A stretch of DNA of 63,804 nt, filler included, from Octopus bimaculoides (GCF_001194135.2; 6 parts of 5 records of this genome joined end to end with filler, not necessarily neighbours in it); one strand, 5' to 3'. Shown: positions 27,357 through 41,515, numbered from the whole stretch's first letter. Made by a program: numbers and translations. Notes: generated by a model not told the origin, from the letters alone.

Positions 27357-27456
27357 NNNNNNNNNNNNNNNNNNNNNNNNNNNNNNNNNNNNNNNNNNNN
27401 TTAATTAATTAANNNNNNNNNNNNNNNNNNNNNNNNNNNNNNNNNNNNNNNNNNNN

Positions 27457-27494
<38 letters not shown>

Positions 27495-27498
27495 TATC

Positions 27499-27534
<36 letters not shown>

Positions 27535-28214
27535 GTCTGTCTGTCTGTCTGTCTGCCTGCCTAACTTTCTACACGCGCGCGCGCACACACACACATGCAT
27601 GTATATACACATATATTGCTTTTTGTTGTGTATGTGTGTGTGTGTGTATATACATACACCTAAACACACACACACACGCACACAGCATACTTTTCCTCCC
27701 TTTTCTTTTCGCGTTTCATCTGTTTCGTCTTCCTATCATTTTCGTTTCTCTCTCTCTTTCATCCCCACCACCACCGACACCTCTGTCTGCACACATGCAA
27801 ACATGCACACATATGTACACATACATACACACGCGCACTCACACACACACACGCGCGCGCGCGCACACACACATACATTTACATACACACGCATTCGTAT
27901 AGACAGAGGCAACACGTCAATACCACACTCCAACAGGCGTATATCACCGGTGCAGGTGTACTTAGAGATATCGTTGAAATTATATAAAATACAACAGCGA
28001 AGGCTAAAGTAGTTGAAGGCATCTATGGTCAGTCCATTTGAGTGCATCAGTGGCCAAGTTGATAGAGTTATCGGTGGTTCGAATCGTATCAGACGTAGGT
28101 CCTGCGTCCTAAACTAAAATCCTGAAAAGTTTGGAAGATACTGGAATGGAGCGGATGAAGAGTGACTGGTTTATAATTGTTACGGTTCTCAGACGATCAG
28201 GTCCTTTTTTTTTG

Positions 28215-28598
28215 GAGAGATAGGTAAACAAGTGTGCGTAAGTGAATTAAACTAATTACATACATGGGTATGTGGTTGAGAAGTTCGCTTCGCAACCACG
28301 TGGTTTTGGGTTCAGTCTGATTGTGTGACACTTTGGACATTTGTCTTTTACAACAGCTTCCTGGGTGACCAATGTCTTGTGGGAGAATTCGGTAGACGGG
28401 AACTTTGTGGAAGCCCATCGTGTGTATGTGTGTATATATGCAGGAGTGGCTGTGTGGTAAGTAGCTTGCTTACCGACCACATGGTTCTGGGTTCAGTCCC
28501 ATTGCATGGCATCCTGGGTAAGTGTCTTCTATTATAGCCCCGGGCCAACCAAAGCCTTGTGAGTGAATTTGATAGACAGTAAATGAAAGAAGCCTGTC

Positions 28599-28648
<50 letters not shown>

Positions 28649-28650
28649 AC
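28215..28650. mobile_element. Cluster of three partial SINE family A copies
   Basis: One minus-strand fragment followed by two plus-strand heads (about 28262 and 28436). Confidence 0.75.
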
Positions 28651-29165
28651 TGAGAGAAATCGACTGTGAGAAAGAATGTGTCCCATGAGGCAGCCCGATC
28701 TGAAGAATGTTTAAATGTTAGTACATACACACACACACACGTGTGTGATTATATTGATGGGAGTGTTTGTCGTGTCCTTCCGAAGTAGCTCGTTCATTAC
28801 TGGTCCTCGTTACCACCCAGTTCTAACATTTGGCTCCATGTACCTGTTGTTATAGAACAGCGGTCACATCCCTGACAACAATTCGACAGGCTGGTTAAAT
28901 CAGATTAGAGTAACCGACGGATCTAAAACCCTCGGCGTATCAGGGACCTGTCTATCCTAGCATGCATCTTGACTGAGGAGAAGGGACCAGCGGTAGAACG
29001 AATGGTAGTGAAGGCTCTTCTATATGCAATGTGGATCGCATAGAGTATATAATACGACACGTAAGGCGCTTTGGTCATCCACTGACCCTGACCGCATCGC
29101 CAGTCGTTTCGACGTTTGTTCTGCTACAAGACCAAATTGGAAATCAGGAAGAGAGAAAGAGAGAG

Positions 29166-29253
<88 letters not shown>

Positions 29254-29280
29254 GCTGATAGTGCGTTATTNNNNNNNNNN

Positions 29281-29328
<48 letters not shown>

Positions 29329-29609
29329 GCTGATAGTGCGTTATTCTTCCTCTCTTTAATCAAACAGATCGTGCAAGTTATTACTGTCAGTCATCTTTAC
29401 AGGATGACTAGATGGTCCTCGTCGGATCGACGGGCGAAAATGGAAGACTACAGCAACCGAATGAGCCGTAGAATTCACTTTAAACGTCTGTAGAGTTGAA
29501 TACCATCAGCTATTCAGTTATTGTTGCACCTCTGATTACTTCATCTTTACGAACCAATGAGGGAATCTCTACATGGCGGCTCGACATACCAAAAGTCTTA
29601 TCAATATAC

Positions 29610-29920
29610 GTTGTGAGTGTTTATTGAGCGAAAACACCTTAAAGCTCCACGGGGCTCCGGCAGGGGGTGGTGGCGAATCCTGCTGTACTTTTTCACCACC
29701 ACTTTCTCTCACTCTTTCTTCCTGTTTCTGTTGTACCTGCATTTCAAAGAGACCAGCCTTGTCACACACTGTATCACGCTGACTCTCCCCGAGAACTACG
29801 TTAAGGGTACACGTGTCTGTGGAGTGCTCAGCCACTTGCACGTTAATTTCACGAGCAGGCTGTTCCGTTGATCGGATCACCTGGAACCCTCGTCGTCGTA
29901 AGCGGCGGAGTGTCACGATG
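29610..29920 (+). mobile_element. SINE family D, 5'-truncated
   Basis: Aligns to the reverse complement of 4000-4310. Confidence 0.75.
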
Positions 29921-29949
29921 TCTGGAAAATAAATGTAAAAAAGAAGCCA

Positions 29950-30300
29950 ACAACAACGAGATGATTACGACTGGCAAGTCTTAACCATGAGCCTGCTCCA
30001 GTTCAACTGACTTCAAACTAAACCACAGCTTCAGTAGCAATAACGACAATAATAGCAGCGGCAGCAGACAGCAGCAGCAGTAGCAGCAGCTATAATAATA
30101 ACAACAACTGCAAGAATAACAATAATAGTAGCAACAGCGGTAACAACAACAACTAGTCACAATAATAACAACAACAACATCAACTAATCGCAGTAGCAAC
30201 AAGAACAACAACAAAAATAGTTAACAACAGCAACAACATCAGCAGCAGAAATAGTAACAACCACGACGACGACAGTAGCAACAATAACAAGAACAACAGC
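29950..30300. repeat. Cryptic CAA/CAG/TAA low-complexity tract
   Basis: Mixed trinucleotide simple sequence; a similar tract lies at 33380-33675. Confidence 0.85.
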
Positions 30301-30884
30301 ATTGTTCTGGCGTCTTTATCTTATCTAAAATGTCCGCCAGAGTGAGTTTCTCGGTTGACTGAGGAACTATAATTTTATCAAAAATAGACTACGAAGTTGA
30401 GTGCAAGAAACACTCAGGTCAGGCTAAGTGCTGCTTTTGTCTAAGCTAGTGGCTTCTCAAAGAGGGTGGTGCTGGGTGCCGGGAACAGAACAGGGAACGG
30501 GCGATTGATACATCATCTAATTGCCCTAATTTTCAAAATTATTTTCAATTTTTATTCCGTGTACGAATCATCTGATGATATAAATAGTCGAAAAGGGAGC
30601 GTGCTGGCCGAGTCGTTAGCACGCCGGGCAAAAGGTTTAGCAGCATTTCGTCCGTTATGACGTTCTGGGATCAAATAACGCCGGGGTCGACTTTGCCTTT
30701 CATCTTTTCAGAATCGATAATAAGTACTAGTAATTCAGTACTGGGGTCGATGTAATGGGCTTAGCTTCTCATCCGAATTTGCTGGCCTTGCGCCAAAATT
30801 TGAATCCAATACAGGTGGTCGAAATGTTATTTTGGCAATCTAAATTCTTTTGATTCTTTTCTTTTATTCTTTTATTTATTTATT

Positions 30885-31282
30885 TTACTTGTTTTAGTCA
30901 TTTGAGTGCGGCCCTGCTAGAGCACCATCTTGAAGTGTTTTTGTCGAACAATTCGACCCCCAGAACTTACTTTCAAGCCTACTAGTTATCCTATCGGTCT
31001 CTTTGCCGAGCCGCTAAGTTACGGGGACGTAAATATATAAACATCGGTTGTCAAGCGATGATGAGAGATAAACACTGACGCAAAGACACATAGATATATA
31101 TATACACACACACATATACATGACGGGATTCTTTCAGTTTCCGTCTACCAAATCCACTCAAGGCTTTGGTCGGCCCAAGGCTTTAGTAGAAGACGCTTGT
31201 CCAAGGTGCCACGCAGTGGGACTGAACCCACAACCATGTGGTTGGGAAGCAAGCTTCTTACCACAAAGCCACGCCTGCGCCT
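30885..31282 (-). mobile_element. SINE family A, full length
   Basis: Reverse complement from CCTGCGCCTAT back to the TTTACTTGTTT tail. Confidence 0.85.
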
Positions 31283-32127
31283 ATGATGAAATAACTTATG
31301 TGTAAGTATGTTCCTCTGTTGGAGTGACGAGGACCATGTTGCCATCTTTAAGGAAGACTGGTGATTTGCACGGTGACTTTGTTTAAAGCGGAGAAGAGTT
31401 GCGTACGATCAGTCAACCTCACTCTCTCATCCGTGACCATCTTCATTCCAGTTGCAAGACCAAGTCAAGACGACTGGAGATGGAGACGGATGCGGTGGAT
31501 GACCAAAATACCTTATTTGCCTCATCTTGACTCATAAAGGATCTAGTTTTCATTTGCATAGGAAGGTAAGCTCTAATATGTAAATTTAATCCATAGCTGG
31601 GACCCTGACAAATGCTACTACTCAGGGACAGAATTGACCTGGAAATAATAGTGGCAAAGAGATGGTTCCACACTCCTCAAAACCTTAGAATTCTAGAACC
31701 AGAACCCCACAACAGGGTGCAGTTTAAAGTCGCTGCCAGGACATGCGCAAATAGCTTTTAAATAGTGATCACACTGTCGGTAGCTATCATATTGTAGTGT
31801 ATTCGATTTTACTGAATCGAAGTAAGGGCGGTAGTTGTAGCATTGAAAGTGTGTTAGTGAAAGAAATAATACGAGAGCTAAAAATGCTTGAGAAGCCCTG
31901 ATGTAATTGCTCGATTTTGTATAGCAGTAGTTATTTAGTGATCTACGTTCCATACATCCACTGAATTTTAGTAATACAAAGCAGCATTAACTGATATAAG
32001 ATGGCTTGAGCTACTCAAGATAGATCCATCTATAACATTCCAGGGCAAACCTGAAGATAAAACAAAGCGAAACGAAGCACAATATCCATTACTCACTCTA
32101 GACAAGCAAGTACACATACAGGCTATA

Positions 32128-32360
32128 AGGCAGCGAGCTGGCAGAAACGTTAGCACGCCGGGCGAAATGCTTAGCGGTATTTCGTCTGCCGTTACGTTCT
32201 GAGTTCAAATTCCGCCGAGGTCGACTTTGCCTTTCATCCTTTCGGGGTCGATAAATTAAGTACCAGTTACGCACTGGGGTCGATGTAATCGACTTAATCC
32301 GTTTGTCTGTCCTTGTTTGTCCCCTCTGTGTGTAGCCCCTTGTGGGTAGTAAAGAAATAA
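32128..32360 (+). mobile_element. SINE family B, second subfamily (different 3' end)
   Basis: GCGAGCTGGCAGAAACGTTAGCACGCCGGGCG head; tail TAGCCCCTTGTGGGTAGTAAAGAAATA; related copies at about 18370-18540 and 30596-30810. Confidence 0.85.
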
Positions 32361-32847
32361 CACAGACACGCTAAAATATCCTCGTTATCATCGTCGTTGT
32401 CATCATCATTGTCGTNNNNNNNNNNNNNNNNNNNNNNNNNNNNNNNNNNNNNNNNNNNNNNNNNNNNNNNNNNNNNNNNNNNNNNNNNNNNNNNNNNNNN
32501 NNNNNNNNNNNNNNNNNNNNNNNNNNNNNNNNNNNNNNNNNNNNNNNNNNNNNNNNNNNNNNNNNNNNNNNNNNNNNNNNNNNNNNNNNNNNNNNNNNNN
32601 NNNNNNNNNNNNNNNNNNNNNNNNNNNNNNNNNNNNNNNNNNNNNNNNNNNNNNNNNNNNNNNNNNNNNNNNNNNNNNNNNNNNNNNNNNNNNNNNNNNN
32701 NNNNNNNNNNNNNNNNNNNNNNAAAAAAGCATATCGTATCAAGCCGTAAAGTCCCCAGTTCAATCTCATCTTAGTGTCTTTAAAAAAAATGCGGTGGGTG
32801 GGGGCACAATGAATAATCAATTCTTAGATAGCCACCACTCGTAACTA

Positions 32848-32878
<31 letters not shown>

Positions 32879-33831
32879 ACGGGATGGTCACGTTTATTGT
32901 GACTGTGAACAAAGTTGACCTGGCGTTGAAGAAGAAGAAGCAGAAGAAGAAGAAGAAGAAGAAGAAGAAGAAGAAGAAGAAGAAGAAGAAGAAGAAGAAC
33001 AACAACAACAACAACAACAACAGCAACAACAACAACAAAATTACAATAAAGCAGCAACATTATAATGAAGCTGCTAAAAATAGTCCAAACTCACTCAAAT
33101 CACATCAGTTGTCTTGAAAATGTAAGGGCACATTCAATAATGCACCCCTAGATGCACTGTACCAGGAAAAATGACAGGATGGTCACGTCTGTAACGCCTC
33201 AAATTGCTGGTCATCGGGTTCAGGAATAACCCGAGGCTAAACAACAACACCTACGGCCAATGGAGAGCGTGTGACATGTCTAGACTCTAACAGTCCACTT
33301 ACTGCATACAACACGAATTTAGTCGTTCAATCGGTTATCTGTGAACTATCGATCTGTTTGAACAGAAATGACTCGGAGCAATATAACAACGACAACAACC
33401 ACAACAACAGCAGCAGCAGCAGGAGCAGCAGTAGTAACATCATCATTATCTGCAACAACAACAACAGTAGCAGCAACGACAGTAGCAGCAGTAGTAGCAG
33501 CGTCATTAACAAGAGCAATAACAACGACTATAGTATCAGAAGCAACACNNNNNNNNNNTAGCAGCAGTAGTAGCAGCGTCATTAACAAGAGCAATAACAA
33601 CGACTATAGTATCAGAAGCAACACCAGCAATAACAACAACAGCAGCAGCAGCAGCAGCAACAACAACAACAAGAACGGCTTTTGGTGGCCTCGAATGTTA
33701 GTCCATAGATATGCCATTATTTAAAAGAGCCATCGCAAAATGACAGTGGAGTAAACTACCATTTGTATAAACTGTTCAATCAGCATTTGTTTCTTGATAA
33801 AAACGATATTTGGTCATCGGCCAGCAACTGA

Positions 33832-33903
33832 GGGGATGTAGCTCAGTGGTAGAGCGTTCGCTTTGCATGCGAAAGGCCCTGGGTTCGATACCCAGCATCT
33901 CCA
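33832..33903 (+). tRNA. tRNA-Ala, anticodon TGC
   Basis: 72-nt cloverleaf: acceptor GGGGATG/CATCTCC with G3:U70 Ala identity pair, D stem GCTC/GAGC, anticodon stem TTCGC/GCGAA around TTTGCAT, T stem CTGGG/CCCAG; intact A and B boxes; T-run terminator at 33926-33932. Confidence 0.95.
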
Positions 33904-36900
33904 GAATTGCTTATTTATTTTGAACTTTTTTTCTTTTAAAATTATGATGATAAAAACCATCCTCCCAGAATGCTATTGCTGTTTATGAATAGAGACAGCA
34001 TCGTTTCTCATTTCGAACCGCATAATACTTCTGCTTAAATATTAAGAATATCTCAAATTATCTCCCTCGTTATCGATGTGAACAAGAGTGCATTTCGCAT
34101 CAAAAATCCTGTGTGAGACTTTCTCTCGTGGTAAATACCGCAGTAAAGTTTGTTCTAACAGAACATTCACATTTAAGTGGGGATAAATTCAAGTTTATAT
34201 CAATAGGAAATATCCAGTAAAGAATTTTTTAATCTATCATAGAGGGATCTAGTTTTTTGTTTCATTCGCAAAATATGCATTTTTTTAAAAAGGAAGTAGA
34301 AATCTGAAAATTGGCTATAATAATGTAGTCTTCCAGTCTCATTGCTTTGAAGGTATGATGTTGTGGAGAAAAAAAATTAGAGAAAAAAGTTACAGAGGTT
34401 TTAAACCCGAAAAAACTGGGTATTTTTAGCCAATAGCGAGACATAAATTTTCTGCGTTTAGCGGAGCGGTGTCAACTTTAAGGTTGTACCCTGTAAAATT
34501 TATAGTTTAGCGTCTGACCTGTTCATTGTAGGTAAACAGAAATACCTAATTTCTTTGTAGGTTTCTAAATAAACAGAAATACCTAATAAAATCAACATGT
34601 ATCATCTTACTGTTTCTTTTGTCTCTTCATTGATTGTATTTTTTATCATTTTTTAAAATCTGTTATATTAATATATTTGTCTGTATGTGTTTACTTTATG
34701 CGTATTTCAGTATTATGTATACCTGTCATGTATTTGTGTACATCATTAATATATAAGTGCATGTGTATGGGGGTGGTGGTGAAAAGGGGGCGTCTGTCTC
34801 CGAAACTCCACAGTTGAATAACGTTTTCATGCTTGGATTTGTAAACTACAAAGAATTTGTCTCAAGGTAAAAAATACCTGTATCTTATGTTTTTGCATCC
34901 AGAATTAAAAACTAATGTCAAATTATCTGTATCACCCACAGTTTCTTTGTTCCATTATATCCCTACTCTTAATTTAAATTTTTATGAATAGAATTAACCT
35001 AGTGAAATCATAAATCCAGCCGTCTAAGTCAATGAGTCCCAAAAATATATGAAATGAAAAATTTGTAAAAATACTAAGACACAGAAAAGCACAGAAAAAT
35101 ACTAACCCCGGCACAAAGTTTCTGAAATTTTAGAGGATGATGGCGATGGTGTTATATTTTGTGACGCTCGTGGCATTAACAGTATTTTCTAAGTATTTGA
35201 AGTGAAATGAGTTCCAATAGGAATTGAGCCGATTTTGGGTGCATACATTTTGTTCTAAGACCCTCACCATCAGTCTAGACTTGTTAGTCAACATTATTTT
35301 CGCTACTCTTATTTTTTTCTAAATGTTTTTACTTTGCACGAATTCACTCTGTTAGTAGAGCAATTTCAACTTGAGTATCTACTAAGATTTTTAAAATCTT
35401 ACGAGTTGGTATTTATATTTTAGACGACTCAGTCTTGAGTGACTCACAGTTCTCTACCAGTGGGCAATGCGGTTAGTGGCAGATCAATCTTCGCATTTTT
35501 ATAGAAGATTAGTGATAGACATTAACAACAACATTTTAAAGGAGACTGACGCCAACGAAGGTTAATCAAGCAATCTATCCTGGTGGATTTTCGTCCCAGG
35601 AAATATGAATAACTTTCAGAAATGCCTGATCTTGTGCTACAGCGGATTACAGCTGCTTCAGGATAAACGCTATAGGTATGGAAGTAGAAGTACGGTCAGC
35701 AATATTTGTCCGAGCTACGAGTATGACTGATTCGGCTGTCAGCAGAGTCCATTGTAAGGATTTTCCTGTAGGTTAGTTTTTCCACTGACTGGTAACCAAA
35801 GCAGATGTCTTAAAACTTGTACGTCAAGTATTTTATTATACGTAGCTTTAAAAGATATTTTCTCGGCCCAGACATCCGCCAAATGGGCGATATTGGTGTT
35901 TTCTTCTACATCAATCCTTATCAAACTAACCTCTGATCAAAAACGTTCCAGTTATCGCCACCGTGTTTAATGATCAGAATATTATACTAAGACTAAGTTT
36001 TGATCTGAGTAAGATTTGGCTGATATTTTTAGCATGTCGGCTAACCACATGGAAGCTCCCTAATTGTCTCATGTGTGTGGAGTTGTAACATAGAGTTAAA
36101 CATATACTTACATACTTCTCATTCAAGTAAGTATGTTAAGAAATTTAATCTCCAATTATCTATGTCTTTCATGGAGAAGGCATGTGATGTCATTAATATT
36201 AATTACCTAATCAGTGAAAATTCATTTTTTGACTCGATCATTTTAAGTTCTGGTAAGTAAAGGTAAAAATTTGCTTCACTGAAGATGTTTAATAAGACTG
36301 AAATTTGTCCAGAGTTGTCTCCCATACTTACTAGACATCAGATTGACCTTTCACTATAATTATTTTCTTCATTGGAGAAGGATCCTACTTCCATTGCTAA
36401 CAGATTAGGAATATTTATAAGAAACAATATAGATTTTAAGTGCTGCTTGTCTGATCTCTTATAACAATAATGGTGTACATATACTTCTCACCACGAGCGC
36501 ACACCATATATAGGCAAATTAATTATTTATATAGGAAACCCCAGAAAAATAGTTGTTCCTTCATGCAGTCTGTCTCAAAGGAGTGATGGAACTAGTGTTC
36601 AGGCTGTCTCAAAATAACAATAACTCTTACAAAGCCATATCTTCAAGCAGTTTATTTTAAATATAATAATTCTCACATGACCTATCCGCTGCCACCATAT
36701 GTCAACAAAAGTACGCAACTGAACCTCGCATGGCCTACTGACGAAACATTCACCATATTTACAGTGCTGCCACTGTTTACGGAGATGAATTGTTCTTACC
36801 GTGTAGTGACAACTTACAGCCAGATAAAAATACAACTGTTTCAAGATTATGTCTTTTCACCCCGAAGACAATGCTGACAACAAAGATTGAAACACAGATT

Positions 36901-36924
36901 TCTCGACTGGCTGTCCCTCCACAC

Positions 36925-37172
36925 AAGTGGTTCTCAATCGGGGTCCATATGGCTCCCGGAGTGCCACATAAGACATTTTCAGTTTAAATTTATGTGCAAT
37001 AAATCGGCTATTTATGAGTTACAATACAAGGAATTTTTTTATGCAATTCCTAATAATATTTCATTATAAAAATATAATGGCACTTTTTTAAACATCGAAT
37101 GCCTATGGGGGTCTAGTAGAGTAAAATTTGAATCATAGAGATCCATAGATGAAAAATGGTTGAGAACCACTG
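36925..37172. mobile_element. hAT-type MITE
   Basis: TIR (C/A)AGTGGTTCTCAA ... TTGAGAACCACTG; flanks CTCCACAC and CTATACAC resemble a decayed 8-bp TSD. Confidence 0.65.
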
Positions 37173-37783
37173 CTATACACAATCTGATCTGCTCATCCAT
37201 TTATGTTCTCATGTTAGCAACAGAAAAAAAAAAGAGGAAAGAAAATGCGGTTAAATTTTCATTGCTGACATTGTGATTCAGACAAATCAATCCAGTTGAT
37301 ACTATTGGAGAGAACTGTAACCGGACAGGATGATTTGACGTAACTACTACGAGGCTTATATTCTTAAATTAATAAATTTCACCAATACATTTGATACTAT
37401 TATAAATACCATTAATATAATTACTCTGCACCAGTTGCACGTATCTATTTCTCCGCCGTGAAACAATGCTGTATTCAGAAACATCAATGGCTCTGCATTT
37501 TATTTTGGCAAAGGCAGACTGCTAATTATCTATGTATAGAAATACACAATGTTATAAAAATATATTTAGACATATATGCACGCACGCACACATATATATA
37601 CACCTGTATATAGTTATATTTGCTCCTGTCAACCATCCTATCCATACCTGCATNNNNNNNNNNNNNNNNNNNNNNNNNNNNNNNNNNNNNNNNNNNNTTA
37701 ATTAATTAANNNNNNNNNNNNNNNNNNNNNNNNNNNNNNNNNNNNNNNNNNNNATATATATATATATATATATACATGTATAT

Positions 37784-38510
37784 ATGCATATATTAAATCG
37801 GCACACCGTGAAGGTATCCTACGCCAACTCTGCTAATTTAGAGCAGCTTATGCATCGCATATGCAATAGCAAAATGCGGCAATCGTTCAATAACCCACCT
37901 ACTGGATCAAGTGAGCATATGCATCTAAATACCAACCAAAGAGATGTAAACCGCAATGATGAACACCAAATGCGACCAAATCGCAGTAGTAGAAATACTT
38001 ATGGTGCAGATAACACGGTAACAACGTCAGTAAATGGAGTCGGGACTGCCTTATATACAAATATATACGATAAATGCTCATGCAGAGAAAAATCAAAATG
38101 TCCTTTGATAAATCTCTGTATGAGTACAAATCTTGTATATAAATGTACCGTGCACACAAGGGGAGGGCCGTATGTTTACATTGGGTAGACGGCTGATTGG
38201 ATTCATTTAAGAATTGTTGTCGTTACAATGTCGCCAGCTTTAAGACACTCAATAAGATACATTCAACATCTTTGGCAGATTTTGTATGGCAACTGAAGGA
38301 GGATAAAATGAAGTACAGCATAACTTGAACCATAGTAAAGCACACGAAACCATAAAATAAAATTTCCAGGAGATGCCGTCTCTGCTCCGAGTAATCCCTG
38401 TCTATTCTGTAGACTAACGAGAAGATCATTAATAGAATTTCTGAAAGTCTCTCGAGATGCCTACACGCATATGAATGTACTTTTGCACAATGCAGTGGGA
38501 ATGAATTTTG
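37784..38510 (+). mobile_element. Penelope-like element, RT-thumb/linker and GIY-YIG endonuclease remnant
   Basis: NRHTVKVSY, CSCREKSKCP, NLVYKC..YVYIG, then in another frame ASFK..STSLADFVWQLKED..CRLC..ESLSRCLH. Confidence 0.85.
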
Positions 38511-39060
38511 AGTAACCGTTAACATAATCTAATTAACTTAAGGTATGGATGACTTAAGTTTACTTTTAACCTCCCCATTCTTACAAACACCAAGTAGATA
38601 GTTAACTTATTTTGTGATCATGAGTGCACCAAGCCTCACTTGTGCGTTTGCTCATATTTTCTCGGATGCTTGTATGAGTGAGCGTACTCGCACCATACTG
38701 CTTGCCCGAGGGCATTTAAACATCAATATTTGTTAACGGTTATTTTTAATACTTTTCTCGCTGTGTTGCGTGTTCGTTTCTCTTTTTTTGCACCTGTGGT
38801 TTTATTTTTGATCTTTTATATAAATGAAGATATTTCCTCCGTCTGGCTGCTTTTCTTTCTAAAAAAACCGGAAGTTACATTGCGGAACTTATTTTAACGA
38901 GTTGTACCAATTTATCACCCGATGAGATACATTTGCACCGCCGGATGCTCCTGAACCAGTTGTTGAGTATCCCACCCAAGAGGGATCGATGGTAGATGTG
39001 TCAAAACAATTGTTGTGATTAATGAATTCTCGCATATTCCATCTTCCGTCTTTCATTTGA

Positions 39061-39096
<36 letters not shown>

Positions 39097-39181
39097 GTTG
39101 GAAGTATAAATGGTTTGAACAGCACCTGCGTTTGACTCCATTTCTTAATTTATTCATATATATATATATATGTAAACGAAT

Positions 39182-39641
39182 GAATAAATGGAGTCAAAAG
39201 TAAGATGGAGTGCGCTTCGACAGCTTTTTAATGACCACTACACATGTTTCGATACAACATAGATCTACATATATACAGGATTTAAATTTAAATTAAGTAA
39301 AAGTTTACCTGTATAATAGAACTTAGTTGTATCTCCTCGGGTGATATAAAATTGCTGTCTCCGTAAGTAAATGTTTGATTTCGATGCTATCGCATCCAGC
39401 GAGACGTCCACGAGGCTAAACAAGTTGGATGTGATAGCATCGAAATAAACATTTACTAACGGAGACAACGATTTTATATCACCTGAGGAGATATAACTAG
39501 GTCCTATTATATAGGTAAACTGTTACTTAATTTAAATTTAAATCTTGTATATATGTGGATCTATGTTGTATTGAAACATGTGTAGTGGTCATTAAAAAGC
39601 TGTCGAATCGTACACCATCTTACTTTTGACTCTATTTATTC
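39182..39641. repeat. 460-bp inverted repeat
   Basis: Arms 39182-39398 and 39426-39641 are reverse complements with scattered mismatches; 27-nt spacer. Confidence 0.9.
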
Positions 39642-40125
39642 TTTCCTTTTTATTTTCCACACTCGAGGAATGCCTAAGCCTAGAATTGGTAGTATACCAT
39701 AATACTGCCGGGTATCTGGTAATTCTAAGGGTGAACGAGCTCTATTTTGTACTCTAATACGTTCTTAACGGAATACACCGCAAATAGCCGGCCGCCAACA
39801 CTTTTTTTCCTGCAAAATAGGGGTAGCTTATCCTGTTCAGGCTATATTATTAACATTATCCTGCGTTTGAGAATTTAAAATCACTTCTTAACTTTCTAAG
39901 CCATCTCAACGCTTCTAAAGCAAGCTTCGTTTGTTTGCTTACGGTCATCGTAATTTGAATTTTATATATATATATATATATATATNNNNNNNNNNNNNNN
40001 NNNNNNNNNNNNNNNNNNNNNNNNNNNNNNNNNNNNNNNNNNNNNNNNNNNNNNNNNNNNNNNNNNNNNNNNNNNNNNNNNNNNNNNNNNNNNNNNNNNN
40101 NNNNNNNNNNNNNNNTATATAAATA

Positions 40126-40364
40126 TGTGACACTTATTCGGTAGGCATGATAAAACTCCGAGTTTCGGATGCCGGGGTGGGAGCCCACGCCAACATCTCT
40201 TCAGTTATCCGGCCATTGATAATTCCTGTGAAAAATGTAAAAAAAAGGGGGGCATTTTTCACAGGAATTTTCAATGGCCGGATAACTGAAAAGATGTTGG
40301 CGTAGGCTTCCACCCCGGAATCCGAAACTCGGAGTTTTATCATGGCTACCGAATAAGTGTCACA
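40126..40364. mobile_element. Fully palindromic MITE (Tc1/mariner-type)
   Basis: About 112-bp near-perfect arms, 15-nt loop (40238-40252), TA on both flanks. Confidence 0.8.
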
Positions 40365-40685
40365 TATTTTTACAGATAAATTCCTCTATTTACATAATAT
40401 CGAGGTCTCTTTCTTTCTTTTGTTGTCCTTCCTAATAATATATATATGTATGTATGTTTGTTTGTATGTATGTATGTATGTCACCAATCTATCATATATC
40501 CGAAAAAGAAACACACTCTATAGCATAGAACAATTTATGTCCAGCCATAAAGTGACCAATGGTTTCGTATCCATAAAGAGCTTAGCCTCATGGACATCTC
40601 GTCAGACTTTAAAGCCGAAGACAAATGTAACTCTCCGCCTCTGGGAGGCAGGAATCTGTTGCTTCTGCTACTACTACTACTACTG

Positions 40686-40742
<57 letters not shown>

Positions 40743-40756
40743 TTTCTTAAAAATTA

Positions 40757-41515
40757 AGTCTGCTGGCTTTGGTTGACGGACGAGAATTTGAAACAAGAAA
40801 CAGAAACGTTAATTACTGCCGCTCAGGAGCAAGCCCTTAGATCAAATCAGATAACGGCAAAGATCGACAAAACTCAGTCAGACAGCAAATGTATAATCTG
40901 CAGGAAAGGAAACGAGCGTATCGATCACATTTTCAATGAGTGCTGTATAGTAGCACAAAAGGAGTACAAGTGCAGACATGACTGTATAGGCAAAAGAGTG
41001 CAGTAAGTTGATAGTCGAGTATATGACTTCAAAACAAAAGAAAAGTGGTATGAACACAAACTAGAGGCTGGGGTAGAAAATGAGAATTACAAGAGCTTGT
41101 GGGACTTCGCCATAAAGGCTGAACATACTATTTAGGCAAGAAGACCAGACATGATTATAGAGGACAAAATAAACAAATAGTGCAAGATAAGAGATTTTGT
41201 AATTCCCTATGGCAGCAGAGTCGATACCAAAGAAAGAGAAAATATTGAGAAATACCAGGATCTAGCCAGGGGGCTGAGGAGACCGCGGCAGACCAGGACA
41301 ATAATTATTCTTGTAGTAATAGACGCACTTGGCACAATACCCAAAATGCTACCTTAAAGACTGAAAGAAATTGGCGTTGAAAGTTGCATTGCCGACCTGC
41401 AAAAATTTACCATCCTATATTCTGCAAAAATCCTAAGAAAGTTTCTTGAGATTTGAGACTTGTTGTTACCAATTCTCAAGATGAAATACCTGCTAACTAA
41501 ATTAGTATGTACTAG
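40757..41515 (+). mobile_element. Dong/R4-clade non-LTR retrotransposon 3' fragment (CCHC finger and restriction-like endonuclease)
   Basis: ETETLITAAQEQAL, CIICRKGNERIDHIFNEC, LWDF, RRPDMII, KYQDLA, VIDALGTIPK, ILRKFLEI* with stops. Confidence 0.85.

Noticed and set aside
33327-33724. Poly-L/V/T/S ORFs, also at 20281, 23219, 25718 and 29981
   Set aside because: Translations of trinucleotide microsatellites; no splice or domain support.
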